Position numbers and translations under genes: made by a program. From positions 105,788-169,787 of the forward strand of contig CP070736.1 of NCBI GenBank assembly GCA_020347645.1: a stretch of DNA of 64,000 nucleotides, read 5' to 3'. Positions 28,244-38,687 of this stretch are shown here, one piece after another. Positions within the stretch are counted from its first letter, which is position 1; each line of letters starts with the position of its first letter. This stretch comes from Methanobacteriota archaeon. Lineage in GTDB: Archaea; Thermoplasmatota; Thermoplasmata; UBA10834. The notes under the pieces were generated by a model that was not told the origin of the DNA, searched no databases, and worked only from the letters and a program-made list of their open reading frames with translations.

Positions 28244-29470
28244 ATGAAGCACAAGAAGATGCTTATGGTCGTCTGCGATGGTGTTTCCGATCGACCGGTG
28301 AAACAGTTCGACGGCCTGACTCCACTCCAAGCCGCGCGAAAGCCCGCAATGGACGCCGTAGCCAGAAACGGATTATCCGGGACAATGGATGTGATCGCTC
28401 CAGGAGTCGTCCCTGGAAGCGATACCGCTCATCTTGCGCTCTTCGGCTACGACCCCTACAAGGTCTACACTGGAAGAGGGTCGATCGAAGCCGCCGGCGC
28501 TGGAATAGACCTCAGAAAGGGCGACATCGCGTTCAGGTGCAACTTTGCCACTACCGATGACGGCGTCAACATAATCGACAGGAGGGCTGGAAGGATACGG
28601 TCTGGCACCTCGGAGCTCGCAGAAGCCATCTCTGGCATGAAGCTGGAGGATGTCGAGGTAATCTTCAAAGAGGGGTCTGAGCACAGAGCAGTCTTGGTTT
28701 TTCGCGGACCCGGTTTGGACCATCGCGTCTCGGAGGTGGACCCTCACATCGAGGGTGAGCTGCTTCATTCGAAGGCTGGATCTCCTGAAGCAGAAAAGAC
28801 TGCCCGCCTGCTGAACGAGTTTGTCAGGCGTTCCCACGAGATACTGTCGAACCATGAAGTCAATCTGGAGCGGCAAAATGCGGGCTTGCCACCGGCCAAC
28901 ATCGTGCTGCCAAGAGGTGCGGGTAGCGCGCTCGCAATCGAATCCCTCTCGGATAGGTTTGGACTGAGGTGCGCCGGAATCGCGGGCGTGACACTGGTGA
29001 AAGGGATCTGTCGGTTGCTAGGAATGGAAGTCATCGAAGTGCCAGGAGCGACCGGCGGTGTTGATACTGATTATCTCGCCAAAGCCAATGCTGCGACCGG
29101 AGCAATCGATGAGCATGATCTCGTGTTCCTTAACGTGAAAGCTGCTGACGTAGCGGGCCACGATGGCGACTTCAGGCTGAAAGTCCAGGTTGTTGAGAGC
29201 ATAGATATGATGCTTGGGAGCATCCTGAAGGATCTCCATGAGGAGGTCGTGGTGGCGTTGTTGGCTGATCACTCCACTCCTGTCAGCGTCAAGGACCACA
29301 GCGCGGATCCGGTGCCAGTCAGCATTTCTGGCGCGGACTCTCGGGTGGATGCTGTGCGCAAGTACGACGAGATATCGGCAGCTTCAGGTGCTCTCGGCAG
29401 AATCAGGGGAGTTGATCTCCTGCCAATCATACTGGGAATGGCGAACAGGTCTTCGGAGTACGGCGCATGA
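28244..29470 (+). CDS. apgM: 2,3-bisphosphoglycerate-independent phosphoglycerate mutase, archaeal type
   Basis: 408 aa, 'MLMVVCDGVSDRP...GSDTAHLALFGYDP' N-terminus characteristic of ApgM. Confidence 0.85.
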   Translation: MKHKKMLMVVCDGVSDRPVKQFDGLTPLQAARKPAMDAVARNGLSGTMDVIAPGVVPGSDTAHLALFGYDPYKVYTGRGSIEAAGAGIDLRKGDIAFRCNFATTDDGVNIIDRRAGRIRSGTSELAEAISGMKLEDVEVIFKEGSEHRAVLVFRGPGLDHRVSEVDPHIEGELLHSKAGSPEAEKTARLLNEFVRRSHEILSNHEVNLERQNAGLPPANIVLPRGAGSALAIESLSDRFGLRCAGIAGVTLVKGICRLLGMEVIEVPGATGGVDTDYLAKANAATGAIDEHDLVFLNVKAADVAGHDGDFRLKVQVVESIDMMLGSILKDLHEEVVVALLADHSTPVSVKDHSADPVPVSISGADSRVDAVRKYDEISAASGALGRIRGVDLLPIILGMANRSSEYGA

Positions 29471-29476
29471 TCATAT

Positions 29477-29767
29477 TCACGAAGTAGACAGCTCTCGATT
29501 TATCTCCTCGTCCTGCGAATGACCGACAACAATCACGTCAGCTTCATCAATGCCATCCAGACGCATGAGCCTCCTCTTGATGTTCATCGCGAAATGGATG
29601 CCGAGCGGACAGTGCGATGATGTGGGGCGGAACGTAAGGCTTACGCGAGGACCAACGACCACCACATCCGACACCAAACCCATGTCATAGATGTTCAAGT
29701 TCGTGTGGGGGTCTATTATCTCCCTCAGTGCGCTGATAACCCGGTCCTTTTTGTCCATCCCTTGCAC
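29477..29767 (-). CDS. DUF59/MIP18-family Fe-S cluster assembly protein (SufT-like)
   Basis: 96 aa, 'VISALREIIDPHTNLNIYDMGLV' and conserved Cys 'SHCPLG'. Confidence 0.7.
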   Translation of the reverse strand: MQGMDKKDRVISALREIIDPHTNLNIYDMGLVSDVVVVGPRVSLTFRPTSSHCPLGIHFAMNIKRRLMRLDGIDEADVIVVGHSQDEEINRELSTS

Positions 29768-29853
29768 CTCCGGTTGTCTCCCTTCCCTTTCGATTTCCTA
29801 GACCTGTCTCCGTGTAGTTCAATCTGTCGTCTGTGTGGTACGGGTCGCCCGTT

Positions 29854-30495
29854 TCAGACATTGCGTCTCTGCTTCTTGAAGTAGTCAAGCACGATCTTTC
29901 TCTGGCCCTTTCGGAGCACTTCGGACAGCGTAGACGGTGACACATCGAACATGCGTGCCAGCTCTCTGAGGCTTATGCGCTTCGGATAGTCGAAATATCC
30001 TCTCTCGAACGCAACCTGCGTTATCTTGTCCTGCCTCTCTGTCAAGGATTCCTTGTCATCGATCTTGGTCAGCTTGATGAGCTCCGCATCAACGCTCTTG
30101 CTCTTCAGGTGGTCGAAGATGTCTTTCAGGACCTGCTTCTCACTCATTATGAGGGTCCACTCGACCTTTCCTTCCGTCTTGGATTGTGCCGAGATGAGGA
30201 AGACATCCGCATCCGTGAGTATTCGACAAATCTGGCATCTGGTCGTCGTGACTGCGCTGATGACTTTTCCTTTCTCCGTCACGGTGGTGTCCATGCGAGC
30301 GACCAACGGGTTCTTTGCTATGGCGCCCAGAACTTCATCCATCAGATCGGAAGGAGCCGAGATCTCCACCAGATCCTTGACCCCCTCCTCCGCATATGGC
30401 ATCCTGTCTATGACCCTGATCTCCGCGGGGTACTTGGCGGAGACATCGCTGATCCAGTTCTCTGGTTCGCGCAGCGAGATTACAGCTTCCATCAT
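29854..30495 (-). CDS. Transcriptional regulator with C-terminal HTH_10 (bacterio-opsin-activator-type) domain
   Basis: C-terminal 'LTERQDKITQVAFERGYFDYPKRISLRELARMFDVSPSTLSEVLRKGQRKI'. Confidence 0.7.
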   Translation of the reverse strand: MMEAVISLREPENWISDVSAKYPAEIRVIDRMPYAEEGVKDLVEISAPSDLMDEVLGAIAKNPLVARMDTTVTEKGKVISAVTTTRCQICRILTDADVFLISAQSKTEGKVEWTLIMSEKQVLKDIFDHLKSKSVDAELIKLTKIDDKESLTERQDKITQVAFERGYFDYPKRISLRELARMFDVSPSTLSEVLRKGQRKIVLDYFKKQRRNV

Positions 30496-30548
30496 TTTGT
30501 CGATGCCCCTCCAGAATTACGATCTGAATATTCCCTGTGTAAGAATCG

Positions 30549-30565
30549 TTGATAGCGTATATCAA
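30549..30565. promoter_or_regulatory. Palindrome TTGATA-N5-TATCAA in the divergent promoter between the HTH_10 regulator and nre
   Basis: Perfect 6-bp inverted arms with an AT-rich spacer 'gcgtatatcaa', positioned ~80-95 nt upstream of both divergent starts. Confidence 0.35.
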
Positions 30566-30647
30566 TCTTGACATCCACAAGCGTGAGCCTCTATGGGCAC
30601 TTTCATCAGACCCCCGTGCTCCTTAATTATCGCTAAGGCGATTGCCG

Positions 30648-31967
30648 ATGCAGATGGATCTATCCCCTTTCGACCGATCGGCAGTCATGCCTGACAATTC
30701 TTCTTTGTTCGAGGAGGTATTGTCTGGCGACCATATACGTACGAAATCTTCGAGGTGCGTGTATTGCAAGGGCTCCAAGATGCTTTGCGGAAAGAGCCGT
30801 TGCAGCGTGCTCACAAGGTATTTTTCTGCGGCAAAGGCTACCAGGCAGTTGGACGGGATTAGCCTTGAAGGCAACTCTCCGCCAAGCGTGTTTGTTGGGA
30901 GGATGGGATACCCGAAGGTCGCAGTGGGACCAATGATACCTCCGTATCATGGCGATACATCCTTGCTAGATACTCCCGAGCGATGGGTCGGCCTGTCCAT
31001 AGACGACATCATAGGTTTCAGGTCCAGCCTAGTAAGGGGAATGCATTGGGTGGACGTACAGGACGTCGATAGCTCCAACAGGCTGATCAGCAGGACTCGA
31101 GAAATAGCAATGGCCCAGAACCCTCCAGAGATCGAGGCCGAGTTCAGGAGGAAGCCGATAGGCAGATTGACAGTTGACGACGACGTTCAGCCCTTTGGTC
31201 CATCCGCCCCCCTCGAGAGGTTCGATGTGGCCAACTGCAGGCTGGACCAGCGATTGGAGAAGGCCGCCTCTGACAGCGACCTGCTCGCGCGTGACGCGGT
31301 GATCTCTTTGTACAACGACGGTGCGATGGTCTCACAGATACAGAAGGCCTTCAGCGTGGGAGCGTTCGGACTCGGCAAGCGTCGTAGATTCGTTCCCACT
31401 CGATGGAGCATCACCGCCGTCGACAGCCAGTTGGGCATGCACCTTCTCGAGGGTACCAAGACGTTTCCTTTGATCAACGAGTACAGAGTGTACGAGACGC
31501 ACAGCCTGGATAACCGTTGGGCAGTTCTAATGACTCCGAGCTCCTGGAGATACGAGCTGATCGAGGCCTGGTATCCCAACACCGTTTGGAACCCCCATAA
31601 TGACCGTATAGCGATCATGTCGGACCACGAGTTCTTCGACGGCAGAAAGACGTATGCAAGCATCGGTGGATGCTACTACGCAGCCAGGCTCGCAGTCAAT
31701 GAATTACTGTCTCGCGAGAGACGGCAGGCAGGGGTCTGTATAATGAGAGAGGCGCATCCTGGGTACATACTCCCTGTCGGAGTGTGGAACGTGAGGGAGA
31801 ATGTGAGGAAAGCCCTCACAAACCCTCCGCATAGGTTCCCTACCCTCAGATCTGCCATGACCCATGTTTCAGACATCATGGACATCCCGATATCCCGTTG
31901 GATCAAGAGCAGTGCTGTGCTGAAGGACGCCCTTTACCAGCGTCGTGTGGAGGATTTCTGGGAGTGA
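30648..31967 (+). CDS. nreA: Nre-family archaeal DNA-repair protein (COG1602; DUF650/DUF651) with N-terminal C4 zinc ribbon
   Basis: 'CVYCKGSKMLCGKSRCSV' zinc ribbon, and 'SPPSVFVGRMGYPKVAVGPMIPP' recalled as conserved in Nre proteins. ~440 aa. The ORF track start at 30642 is a TTG; the first ATG is at 30648. Confidence 0.55.
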   Translation: MQMDLSPFDRSAVMPDNSSLFEEVLSGDHIRTKSSRCVYCKGSKMLCGKSRCSVLTRYFSAAKATRQLDGISLEGNSPPSVFVGRMGYPKVAVGPMIPPYHGDTSLLDTPERWVGLSIDDIIGFRSSLVRGMHWVDVQDVDSSNRLISRTREIAMAQNPPEIEAEFRRKPIGRLTVDDDVQPFGPSAPLERFDVANCRLDQRLEKAASDSDLLARDAVISLYNDGAMVSQIQKAFSVGAFGLGKRRRFVPTRWSITAVDSQLGMHLLEGTKTFPLINEYRVYETHSLDNRWAVLMTPSSWRYELIEAWYPNTVWNPHNDRIAIMSDHEFFDGRKTYASIGGCYYAARLAVNELLSRERRQAGVCIMREAHPGYILPVGVWNVRENVRKALTNPPHRFPTLRSAMTHVSDIMDIPISRWIKSSAVLKDALYQRRVEDFWE

Positions 31968-31972
31968 CCGAA

Positions 31973-32761
31973 ATGAAGGTCAAGCTGGTGAAATGTTCGA
32001 TTGCTGCTCCACCTTCCAGGCTGCCGGGTTTGGACAGAGCGGTCAATCCGTACAGGGGATGTGCCCATTCGTGCTCATATTGCTATGCTCAAGATGTCAC
32101 CAGGTCGGAGACGAGCAGTATCTGGGGGTCTTTTGTCGATGTCAAGGTCAACGTCGTCCAGAGGCTAAAGAAGGAGCTGGAAAGGTGTGCGAAGGGGGTC
32201 TACGGTGTAGGGACCGTAACTGACCCGTATCAGCCTTTAGAGGAGAAGCACGAGCTCACTAGAGGATGTCTTTCATTGCTGAATCGATTTGGCGCCAAGG
32301 CTAGCGTGCTTACGAAGTCCGATCTTGTGCTGCGAGACATCGACCTCCTTGCGGAGATGGAAGCTGTCGAGATAGGCCTCAGCGTATCGTGCGCGAACGA
32401 TCGCATCGCCGGCATAGTCGAGCCTGGAGCACCGCCTCCCAGTGCGAGGTTCGACGCGCTTTCAGCTCTGGCGGATGCAGGTGTAGACGCCTATCTCATG
32501 GCAGCCCCAGTCATCCCGGGTGTCTCGGATTCGAGGCAATCGCTGACAGCCCTGATTGAGGCGGCAGCAGTTGCGGGCGTCGTGAGAGTTGTCTGGGACT
32601 CCTGGAACCCCAAGCCGATCGCGTCAAACAGACTCAAGAAGGCTCTGAACGACGCGGATATGCGTCTTGGGTCAAGCACGGAAGAGAGCACGTTTCGGGT
32701 GCGTTCTGAACTGAGCGAGTTGTGCGGCCAAAAGGGCATGCATCTTGAGGACGCGTTCTAG
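31973..32761 (+). CDS. Radical SAM protein, DNA repair photolyase/SPL-like family (COG1533)
   Basis: '[12 protein letters not shown]' CxxxCxxC cluster near the N-terminus. Starts 5 nt after the nre stop (ATG 31973). Confidence 0.65.
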   Translation: MKVKLVKCSIAAPPSRLPGLDRAVNPYRGCAHSCSYCYAQDVTRSETSSIWGSFVDVKVNVVQRLKKELERCAKGVYGVGTVTDPYQPLEEKHELTRGCLSLLNRFGAKASVLTKSDLVLRDIDLLAEMEAVEIGLSVSCANDRIAGIVEPGAPPPSARFDALSALADAGVDAYLMAAPVIPGVSDSRQSLTALIEAAAVAGVVRVVWDSWNPKPIASNRLKKALNDADMRLGSSTEESTFRVRSELSELCGQKGMHLEDAF

Positions 32762-32803
32762 CATCCGTCGAAAACTCTTGGCGAAGTCCGCTTAATGCGC
32801 TCA

Positions 32804-32813
32804 TTTTATATAG
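32804..32813 (+). promoter_or_regulatory. Putative TATA box of the thermosome gene
   Basis: 'TTTTATATAG' lies ~40 nt upstream of the ATG at 32851. Confidence 0.4.
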
Positions 32814-32850
32814 AAGCTCTATCATACTCGACGAATCGGAGGCAGAATAG

Positions 32851-34509
32851 ATGTTGGGAAACCAACCGGTTATTATACTGAAGGAAGGCACGGAGACGAC
32901 CAGAGGCCGTACTGCGCATTCGAACAACATAGTTGCGGCAAGGGCCGTTGCCGATGCGGTAAGGAGCACGCTCGGGCCCAAGGGCATGGACAAGATGCTT
33001 GTTGACAGTATGGGCGACATAGTGATAACGAATGACGGAGCGACGATCCTCAAGGAGCTAGATATCGAGCATCCAGCTGCGAAGATGATTGTAGAAATTT
33101 CGAAAACGCAGGACAATGAGTGCGGCGACGGTACGACTAGCGCGGTCGTGATCGCCGGGGAACTCCTGAAGAAGTCGGAAGCGCTCATAGAGCAGAACGT
33201 TCACCCGACAGTGATCGCGAACGGTTTCAAGCTCGCGGCGCAGGAATCCGTGAAGGTGCTGAAGAGCCTAGGAATGAATGTGTCCCCAACGGACAAGAAG
33301 ACACTGAAACTCGTTGCCAAGACAGCGATGACTGGAAAGAGCGTTGGTGGCGAGAAGGAGGTCCTCGCAACCATAGCAGTCAATGCAGTCTTGTCGGTGG
33401 CAGAGGAGACGGGCGGCAAGCACAAGGCCGACATCGACAACATTCAGGTTGAGAAGAAGCATGGCGGATCCGTTGCGGACACGGAACTCATCAAAGGAAT
33501 GGTGCTTGACAAGGAACGCGTTCACTCAAGGATGCCAAAGGTAATTGAAGGAGCCAAGATAGCGCTCATAGATTCCGCACTTGAGATCAAGAAGACCGAA
33601 GTCGAGGCCAAGATTCAGATCAAGGATCCGATGCAGATGCAGAAGTTCCTAGATGAGGAGGAGAACACCCTCAGGGAGATGGTCGATAAGATCAAGAAGT
33701 CCGGCGCGAACGTCGTCATGTGCGAGAAGGGCATCGACGACCTGGCGCAGCACTATATGGCAAAGGAAGGTTTCTATGCCGTCAGGCGGGTGAAGAGGTC
33801 CGACATGGAAAAGCTGGCCAAGGCGACAGGCGGAAAGGTCGTTACGAACCTAGATGATCTCTCCGCCGCAGAGCTGGGCAAGGCCGAGCAGGTGGAGGAG
33901 GTCAAGATTGGCGATTCAGACATGACTTTCGTCACCGGATGCAGAAATCCTAAGGCGGTCTCTGTGCTCGTTAGAGGTGGCACGGAACATGTCGTAGACG
34001 AAGCGGAGCGCGCGCTTCACGATGCGCTCAAAGTGGTTTCGGTGTCGATAGAGGACGGCGTCGCGGTCGCAGGAGGAGGCGCTGCGGAGATAGAGCTCTC
34101 TCTGAGGCTGCGAGATTATGGTCAGAGCGTAGGCGGAAGGGAACAGCTCGCAATCGAGGCTTTCGCCGAAGCGCTGGAGGTAATCCCTTGGACGTTGGCT
34201 GAGAACGCCGGCATGGACTCGATAAACGTCCTCATTGAGCTGAAGAACTCCCACTCCAAGAAGGCTGGGAAGGCTCATGGGGTGGACGTCATGTCAAACA
34301 AGGTCTCGGACATGATGGAGTGCCAGGTTCTTGAGCCTCTCAGGGTCAAGAAGCAGGCGATAGAGTCGGCGACGGAAGTCGCTTCAATGGTCCTGAGAAT
34401 AGACGACGTGATAGCGTCGAAGAAGATGAGCCCGTCCGACATGCCACAGGGCCCTCCTGGCGGAGGAGGCATGGGCGGCATGGGCGGAATGCCTCCAGGA
34501 ATGATGTAA
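32851..34509 (+). CDS. ths: Thermosome subunit (group II chaperonin)
   Basis: 552 aa. 'GPKGMDKML' ATP-binding motif, 'VAGGGA', and C-terminal GGM repeats '[16 protein letters not shown]'. Confidence 0.95.
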   Translation: MLGNQPVIILKEGTETTRGRTAHSNNIVAARAVADAVRSTLGPKGMDKMLVDSMGDIVITNDGATILKELDIEHPAAKMIVEISKTQDNECGDGTTSAVVIAGELLKKSEALIEQNVHPTVIANGFKLAAQESVKVLKSLGMNVSPTDKKTLKLVAKTAMTGKSVGGEKEVLATIAVNAVLSVAEETGGKHKADIDNIQVEKKHGGSVADTELIKGMVLDKERVHSRMPKVIEGAKIALIDSALEIKKTEVEAKIQIKDPMQMQKFLDEEENTLREMVDKIKKSGANVVMCEKGIDDLAQHYMAKEGFYAVRRVKRSDMEKLAKATGGKVVTNLDDLSAAELGKAEQVEEVKIGDSDMTFVTGCRNPKAVSVLVRGGTEHVVDEAERALHDALKVVSVSIEDGVAVAGGGAAEIELSLRLRDYGQSVGGREQLAIEAFAEALEVIPWTLAENAGMDSINVLIELKNSHSKKAGKAHGVDVMSNKVSDMMECQVLEPLRVKKQAIESATEVASMVLRIDDVIASKKMSPSDMPQGPPGGGGMGGMGGMPPGMM

Positions 34510-34766
34510 ACCACTAACAGTCAGAGGGCCCGAAGCCCTCTTTTCTCCATTTTTCTAGCCTGGTAACGTACGATGTCGTGCGATTGAAGCGATATTCAAA
34601 TGCGAACCAACATGGATCAGGTTACCCTGAGGCGGCAGTTCACCCATTCTTGTCCGCGGTATCCTCGTTCCAATTCTCCTCAATAGGTGCCTGCTCAAAA
34701 CACACTCTTGAATTCGTCGAAAGAGATTTCCCCTCCGTACTCATTGCCGGGTCGGAATCGCCAATG

Positions 34767-35495
34767 GTGGTCGGAAAGCAGAATCGGCTGAAGGCCTGGC
34801 ATGGAGAGGATTGGCACACGCCTCGAGGACGGTTGATCAGAGACATCGTCTATGCCGTCGACACCGGTCTGATAACAACTGTGGCATTCCTTGCCGGCGT
34901 GTCGGCCTTGGTCGATACCAATGATTCCATCGTGTTGGCTGGTCTGGCTCAGGTCTCTGCAGGTGCGATAGCGATCTTTTTCGGGGCATACATTTCGACA
35001 AAGGCTCAGAAAGACTTCTTCGAGAACCAGGTTAGAAGAGAAACTGAGGAAATCGAAATGATGCCTGAGAGAGAATCACAAGAAATTCGTGAGATTTTCG
35101 AGGATTATGGCTTCTCCGCCGAGGAGCAGGAAACTGCGGTGAGGGTCATAACGAGCGACAAGAAACTGTGGTTGAAATTCATGGTCCAGGAGGAGATTGG
35201 CATCTCGCCTGAAGCCATTGACGATCCTCTGAAGATTGGCAGCACCGCTATGTTGTCATTTCTAGTGGGAGCGTTTCCTGCTATTCTGCCATTTTTCGTG
35301 TTGGCCACGCCCGAAATCGCATTGATGGTTAGCGCAGTAGCGATTCTGACATTCTTATTCGTGCTCGGAATGTGGAAATCCAGATTAACAAAGGTTCCTA
35401 AACTCCTCAGCGGGGCGGAGACTCTGGCTATAGGAGGAATTTCATGCGGATTAGGTTTCCTGTTTGGCAGGATTGTCCATCTCTTAATAGGCTGA
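34767..35495 (+). CDS. VIT1/CCC1-family iron/manganese transporter
   Basis: 'DIVYAVDTGLITTVAFLAGVS' N-terminal helix plus 'GFSAEEQETAVRVITSDKKLWLKFMVQEEIG' cytoplasmic loop typical of VIT family. The ORF track start at 34578 is probably too far upstream. Confidence 0.65.
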   Translation: MVGKQNRLKAWHGEDWHTPRGRLIRDIVYAVDTGLITTVAFLAGVSALVDTNDSIVLAGLAQVSAGAIAIFFGAYISTKAQKDFFENQVRRETEEIEMMPERESQEIREIFEDYGFSAEEQETAVRVITSDKKLWLKFMVQEEIGISPEAIDDPLKIGSTAMLSFLVGAFPAILPFFVLATPEIALMVSAVAILTFLFVLGMWKSRLTKVPKLLSGAETLAIGGISCGLGFLFGRIVHLLIG

Positions 35496-36486
35496 CGAAT
35501 GGTTCTTGGTAATCGCAATAATAGCACATGGTTTTCGACCTGCTGATGTTGCACATGTTCTCCGCTCTTTAGAAGCGTTGATTGACTATCACGATGTGCA
35601 TCTTCAAATTATCCAGATTCCATAGTCAATTGGCACTTCTCCGCAACAAATCGTCAATGTGAACCTTCCTTCAGCAAATATCCAGGCTGTAGCGCGATGC
35701 GTTTGGCCGTCTCGTAGATATTGCACTATTTCGTCTTCTTGTCTTGTTGATTTCATGTAGAAGATATAATTGTTGTTCCGTTTAGATGAATGGCGCGTAT
35801 TTATAATCTGTCAGCTATACTGCGGTCAAGGCGCTTTGCTTCCATCTCATGTATGATAGGTTCAGAGCATAAAATATTATGCATTGCCTATTATTTAATA
35901 TATCGACATCCAGTCTGGCTATTGATTCTTGTTTGCATTCGATCACATAGAAATCTGCATTAAGAATGAAGGTGAAGAATCGGGATTACTGCGTTTCGAA
36001 GTAGGTTTGATCAGAGAGGACCCGGCGCTAGAGCTTGCCACGTTATAGCATGTCACTGTGTCTGCCATCGTCTGACGAAATATCAGCATTTAGACAAAAT
36101 ATTATATCTGATAGCATTTACAGCACATATAATATTTCTATTAGCTAAAATCTAGATATTTTATTGCCCCTATAAGGGGCAACTAGCGAAATACTGCCGC
36201 GGATCGGCGATTTTAGGCGCGATAGTCTATACTTTCCGAACACTTTTTGCATGAGCATGATACAAAATAGCACGGATAGGCCTGTCAAAAGAGGCCATCC
36301 ATAGGCGTGCAGGGACTTCAAAAAGGCAAAACGGCGACAAATCGGGCATTTGTTGACGATTTTAGACGCCTTCATCAAGGCTCAAGCCGGACAAAGTCGT
36401 CTTCCTGTAAAAATGCGACATTTTATATAGGCACAATTCGATTGATTGTCGGACATTCGTCCGCGAAGCAAGGGATGGGACCCACC
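35496..36486. other. ~1 kb AT-rich non-coding island upstream of the recombinase gene
   Basis: Sharp drop in GC relative to flanks. No ORF >80 codons with plausible composition. Contains a GC hairpin and several TGCAT-containing short repeats. Confidence 0.6.
36166..36180. other. Perfect GC stem hairpin GCCCC-TATAA-GGGGC inside the AT-rich island
   Basis: 5-bp all-GC stem flanked by a T-run (ATTTTATT) on one side. Confidence 0.4.
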
Positions 36487-37137
36487 ATGCGAAAGTATCT
36501 CAAGGAAAGCGAGCTAAAGAATCTGCTCGAGGCGCCAAAGCGCATGAGAGATCGTCTGATCATCAAGCTGATGTATGAGACGGGCGTACGAGTCGGTGAA
36601 CTAGCTGCCTTGACAATCGGTGACGTGGACCTGGAATCGGGCGAAATTACGATTCAGCATGCGAAGCGACATCGTGAGGGGCGGAAGGTGCCGATCGTGA
36701 ATTCCTGGACCAAGACTATGCTGCGCGATTATATTGGCACGCGCAAGAACAGGAAGGATCCGTTGTTCGTTTCGAACAAACGAGGTCCGCTGTCCAGACG
36801 CCAGATAGAACGACTAGTTCACAACTACGGCGCAGAAGTAGGCCTCGATAGGGACAAGAGGCATCCCCACGTCCTGCGACATACGCATGCCGTCCATGCT
36901 CTGAAGTCTGGCATCGATCTCAGGACACTTCAGCAGAATCTCGGACACTCCAGTATCGAAGTCACGGCGATATATCTCACGATGGATATCGATGACCGCA
37001 AGGAGGAATACTCCAAGCATCGCTTGCCTGGCATGGAGATGGCTGATGGTGAACAGGACGAAGACAATTCGAGGAACTCCTCAAGTGGGCTTGCTGCGAG
37101 CCACACCACCTACTACGTGCTCTCAGAGGATGTTTAG
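36487..37137 (+). CDS. Tyrosine recombinase/integrase, catalytic domain only (no N-terminal core-binding domain)
   Basis: 'RDRLIIKLMYETGVRVGEL' (Arg I), 'HVLRHTHA' (H-x-x-R), 'GHSSIEVTAIYL' (catalytic Tyr). The upstream in-frame extension to 36307 translates AT-rich DNA into non-protein-like sequence. GC lower than neighbours. Confidence 0.7.
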   Translation: MRKYLKESELKNLLEAPKRMRDRLIIKLMYETGVRVGELAALTIGDVDLESGEITIQHAKRHREGRKVPIVNSWTKTMLRDYIGTRKNRKDPLFVSNKRGPLSRRQIERLVHNYGAEVGLDRDKRHPHVLRHTHAVHALKSGIDLRTLQQNLGHSSIEVTAIYLTMDIDDRKEEYSKHRLPGMEMADGEQDEDNSRNSSSGLAASHTTYYVLSEDV

Positions 37138-37284
37138 TTCATAGCTATATTGTTCTATTTGATGAATATCATAGCGATACTATTGCACGCTTATGCTAAA
37201 ATGCGTTGCAGAACCCGACAGAAACCCTGTAATTCAGCGTTCCCGTGGTAATCTATAAACGGGCCGTTGATGCTTGACACATAG

Positions 37285-38673
37285 ATGAGTGAGGAGTGGA
37301 CTGAGAAGCATCGCCCAAAATCGCTTTCTCAAGTCATGGGGAATGAAAACGCTATCCGAATCATGAAGCGCTGGGCGGATCTGTGGAAAAGCGGCACCCC
37401 CAGGAAGAAAGCACTCACTCTTAAGGGAGCCCCGGGAACCGGCAAGACCAGCTCCGCCATAGCTCTCGCCAACGATTATGGATGGGATGTGATCGAGATG
37501 AACGCCTCCGATCACAGAAACGCAGCTTCCATAATGAGAGTGGCTGGGATCGGATCTATCAGCCAGACGTTCTCCGAAGGCGGCGAGTTCCTCACAACTG
37601 CCGAAGGCAGGCGCAAACTGATAATCCTTGACGAGGCCGACAATCTTTTCGGCCGAGAAGATTACGGTGGAGCCAAGGCAATCGTCGAGACGATAAGGCA
37701 TACGAGCCAACCGATAATACTGATAGTGAACGACTACTACGCTCTCACAAGAAAAGCATCCGCAGTGAAGACGCTGGCAGAGAAAGTGAAGTTCCGAAGC
37801 CTCAATGATAGAGCTGTTATCGCCGTCCTGGCGGACATCTGTGCCAAGGAGGGTGTTGAGGTAGGCGACACGGTTCTTGGCATGATAGCGCGCAACGCAG
37901 CTGGAGACATGAGGGGCGCCATAAACGACCTCCAAATGATGGTCGAGGGTAGGACGAGAATCGACGAGAAGGATGCTGATGTCCTGAGCGAGCGGAACCA
38001 AGAGATGGAACTCGAAACAGCCCTCAACCTGATGTTCGGGGCAAGATCTGCGAAGGAAGCAAGGAATGCAACGCTGGATATTGACAAAACGCCTGAGGAG
38101 TTTATTTTGTGGGTCGAGGAAAGCATTCCAAAGGAGTTCATCATCCCAGCCGAAATGGCTGCAGCCTTCGATGCCCTTTCGAGATCGGACATCTTCCTCA
38201 AGAGGACCAAAGTACTGCGGCACTACGGCCTGTGGTCGTACGCCAAGGAGATGATGACTGCAGGTGTATCTCTGGCTCGTCAAGGCACCAGACGCTCTCC
38301 CCCATCGCGGTACGGCTTTCCGAGCTACCTCATCGTAATGTCTCGTTCAAGGTCCATCCGCAAATCTAGAGCAGAGCTGTGTTCGAAGTTGTCTCCCTTA
38401 CTGCATGCTTCTGCCAGGAGTATCGGGAGCTCGTTTCTGCCCTTTCTCTCGAAGATGGCCAAAAGGGATCCGAGCCTATTGGCCGATCTGGGTGCCGAGG
38501 CCGGTCTGGATGAAGGGGACGTTGCCTTCCTTCTCGGAGTCGATCCAGGCTCCGATGAGGTGAGTGATGCGATGGATCTGATAAGACTGACTAGGTCAGG
38601 GGACGCCCAGGCTGGTGAAGAAGGGATTGCCAAGCGCGGGACCCGCCACAAAAGGAGCTTGTCGGACTTCTAG
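37285..38673 (+). CDS. rfcL: Replication factor C large subunit
   Basis: 'WTEKHRPKSL', Walker A 'GAPGTGKTS', Walker B 'ILDEAD', SRC-like 'GDMRGAINDLQ'. Confidence 0.9.
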   Translation: MSEEWTEKHRPKSLSQVMGNENAIRIMKRWADLWKSGTPRKKALTLKGAPGTGKTSSAIALANDYGWDVIEMNASDHRNAASIMRVAGIGSISQTFSEGGEFLTTAEGRRKLIILDEADNLFGREDYGGAKAIVETIRHTSQPIILIVNDYYALTRKASAVKTLAEKVKFRSLNDRAVIAVLADICAKEGVEVGDTVLGMIARNAAGDMRGAINDLQMMVEGRTRIDEKDADVLSERNQEMELETALNLMFGARSAKEARNATLDIDKTPEEFILWVEESIPKEFIIPAEMAAAFDALSRSDIFLKRTKVLRHYGLWSYAKEMMTAGVSLARQGTRRSPPSRYGFPSYLIVMSRSRSIRKSRAELCSKLSPLLHASARSIGSSFLPFLSKMAKRDPSLLADLGAEAGLDEGDVAFLLGVDPGSDEVSDAMDLIRLTRSGDAQAGEEGIAKRGTRHKRSLSDF

Positions 38674-38687
38674 GAGAGGATGAAGAA

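Noticed and set aside
35581-35630. 9-bp inverted repeat ATTGACTAT...ATAGTCAAT (33-nt spacer) just 3' of the VIT gene.
   Set aside because: A 9-bp inverted repeat with this spacing is expected by chance several times in 64 kb. No supporting features.
35496-36486. AT-rich island considered as a replication origin (oriC).
   Set aside because: No orc1/cdc6 gene adjacent and no recognisable ORB/mini-ORB repeats (TCCAGTGGAAAC-like) in the island. The adjacent recombinase makes a mobile-element or recombination-site interpretation more likely.
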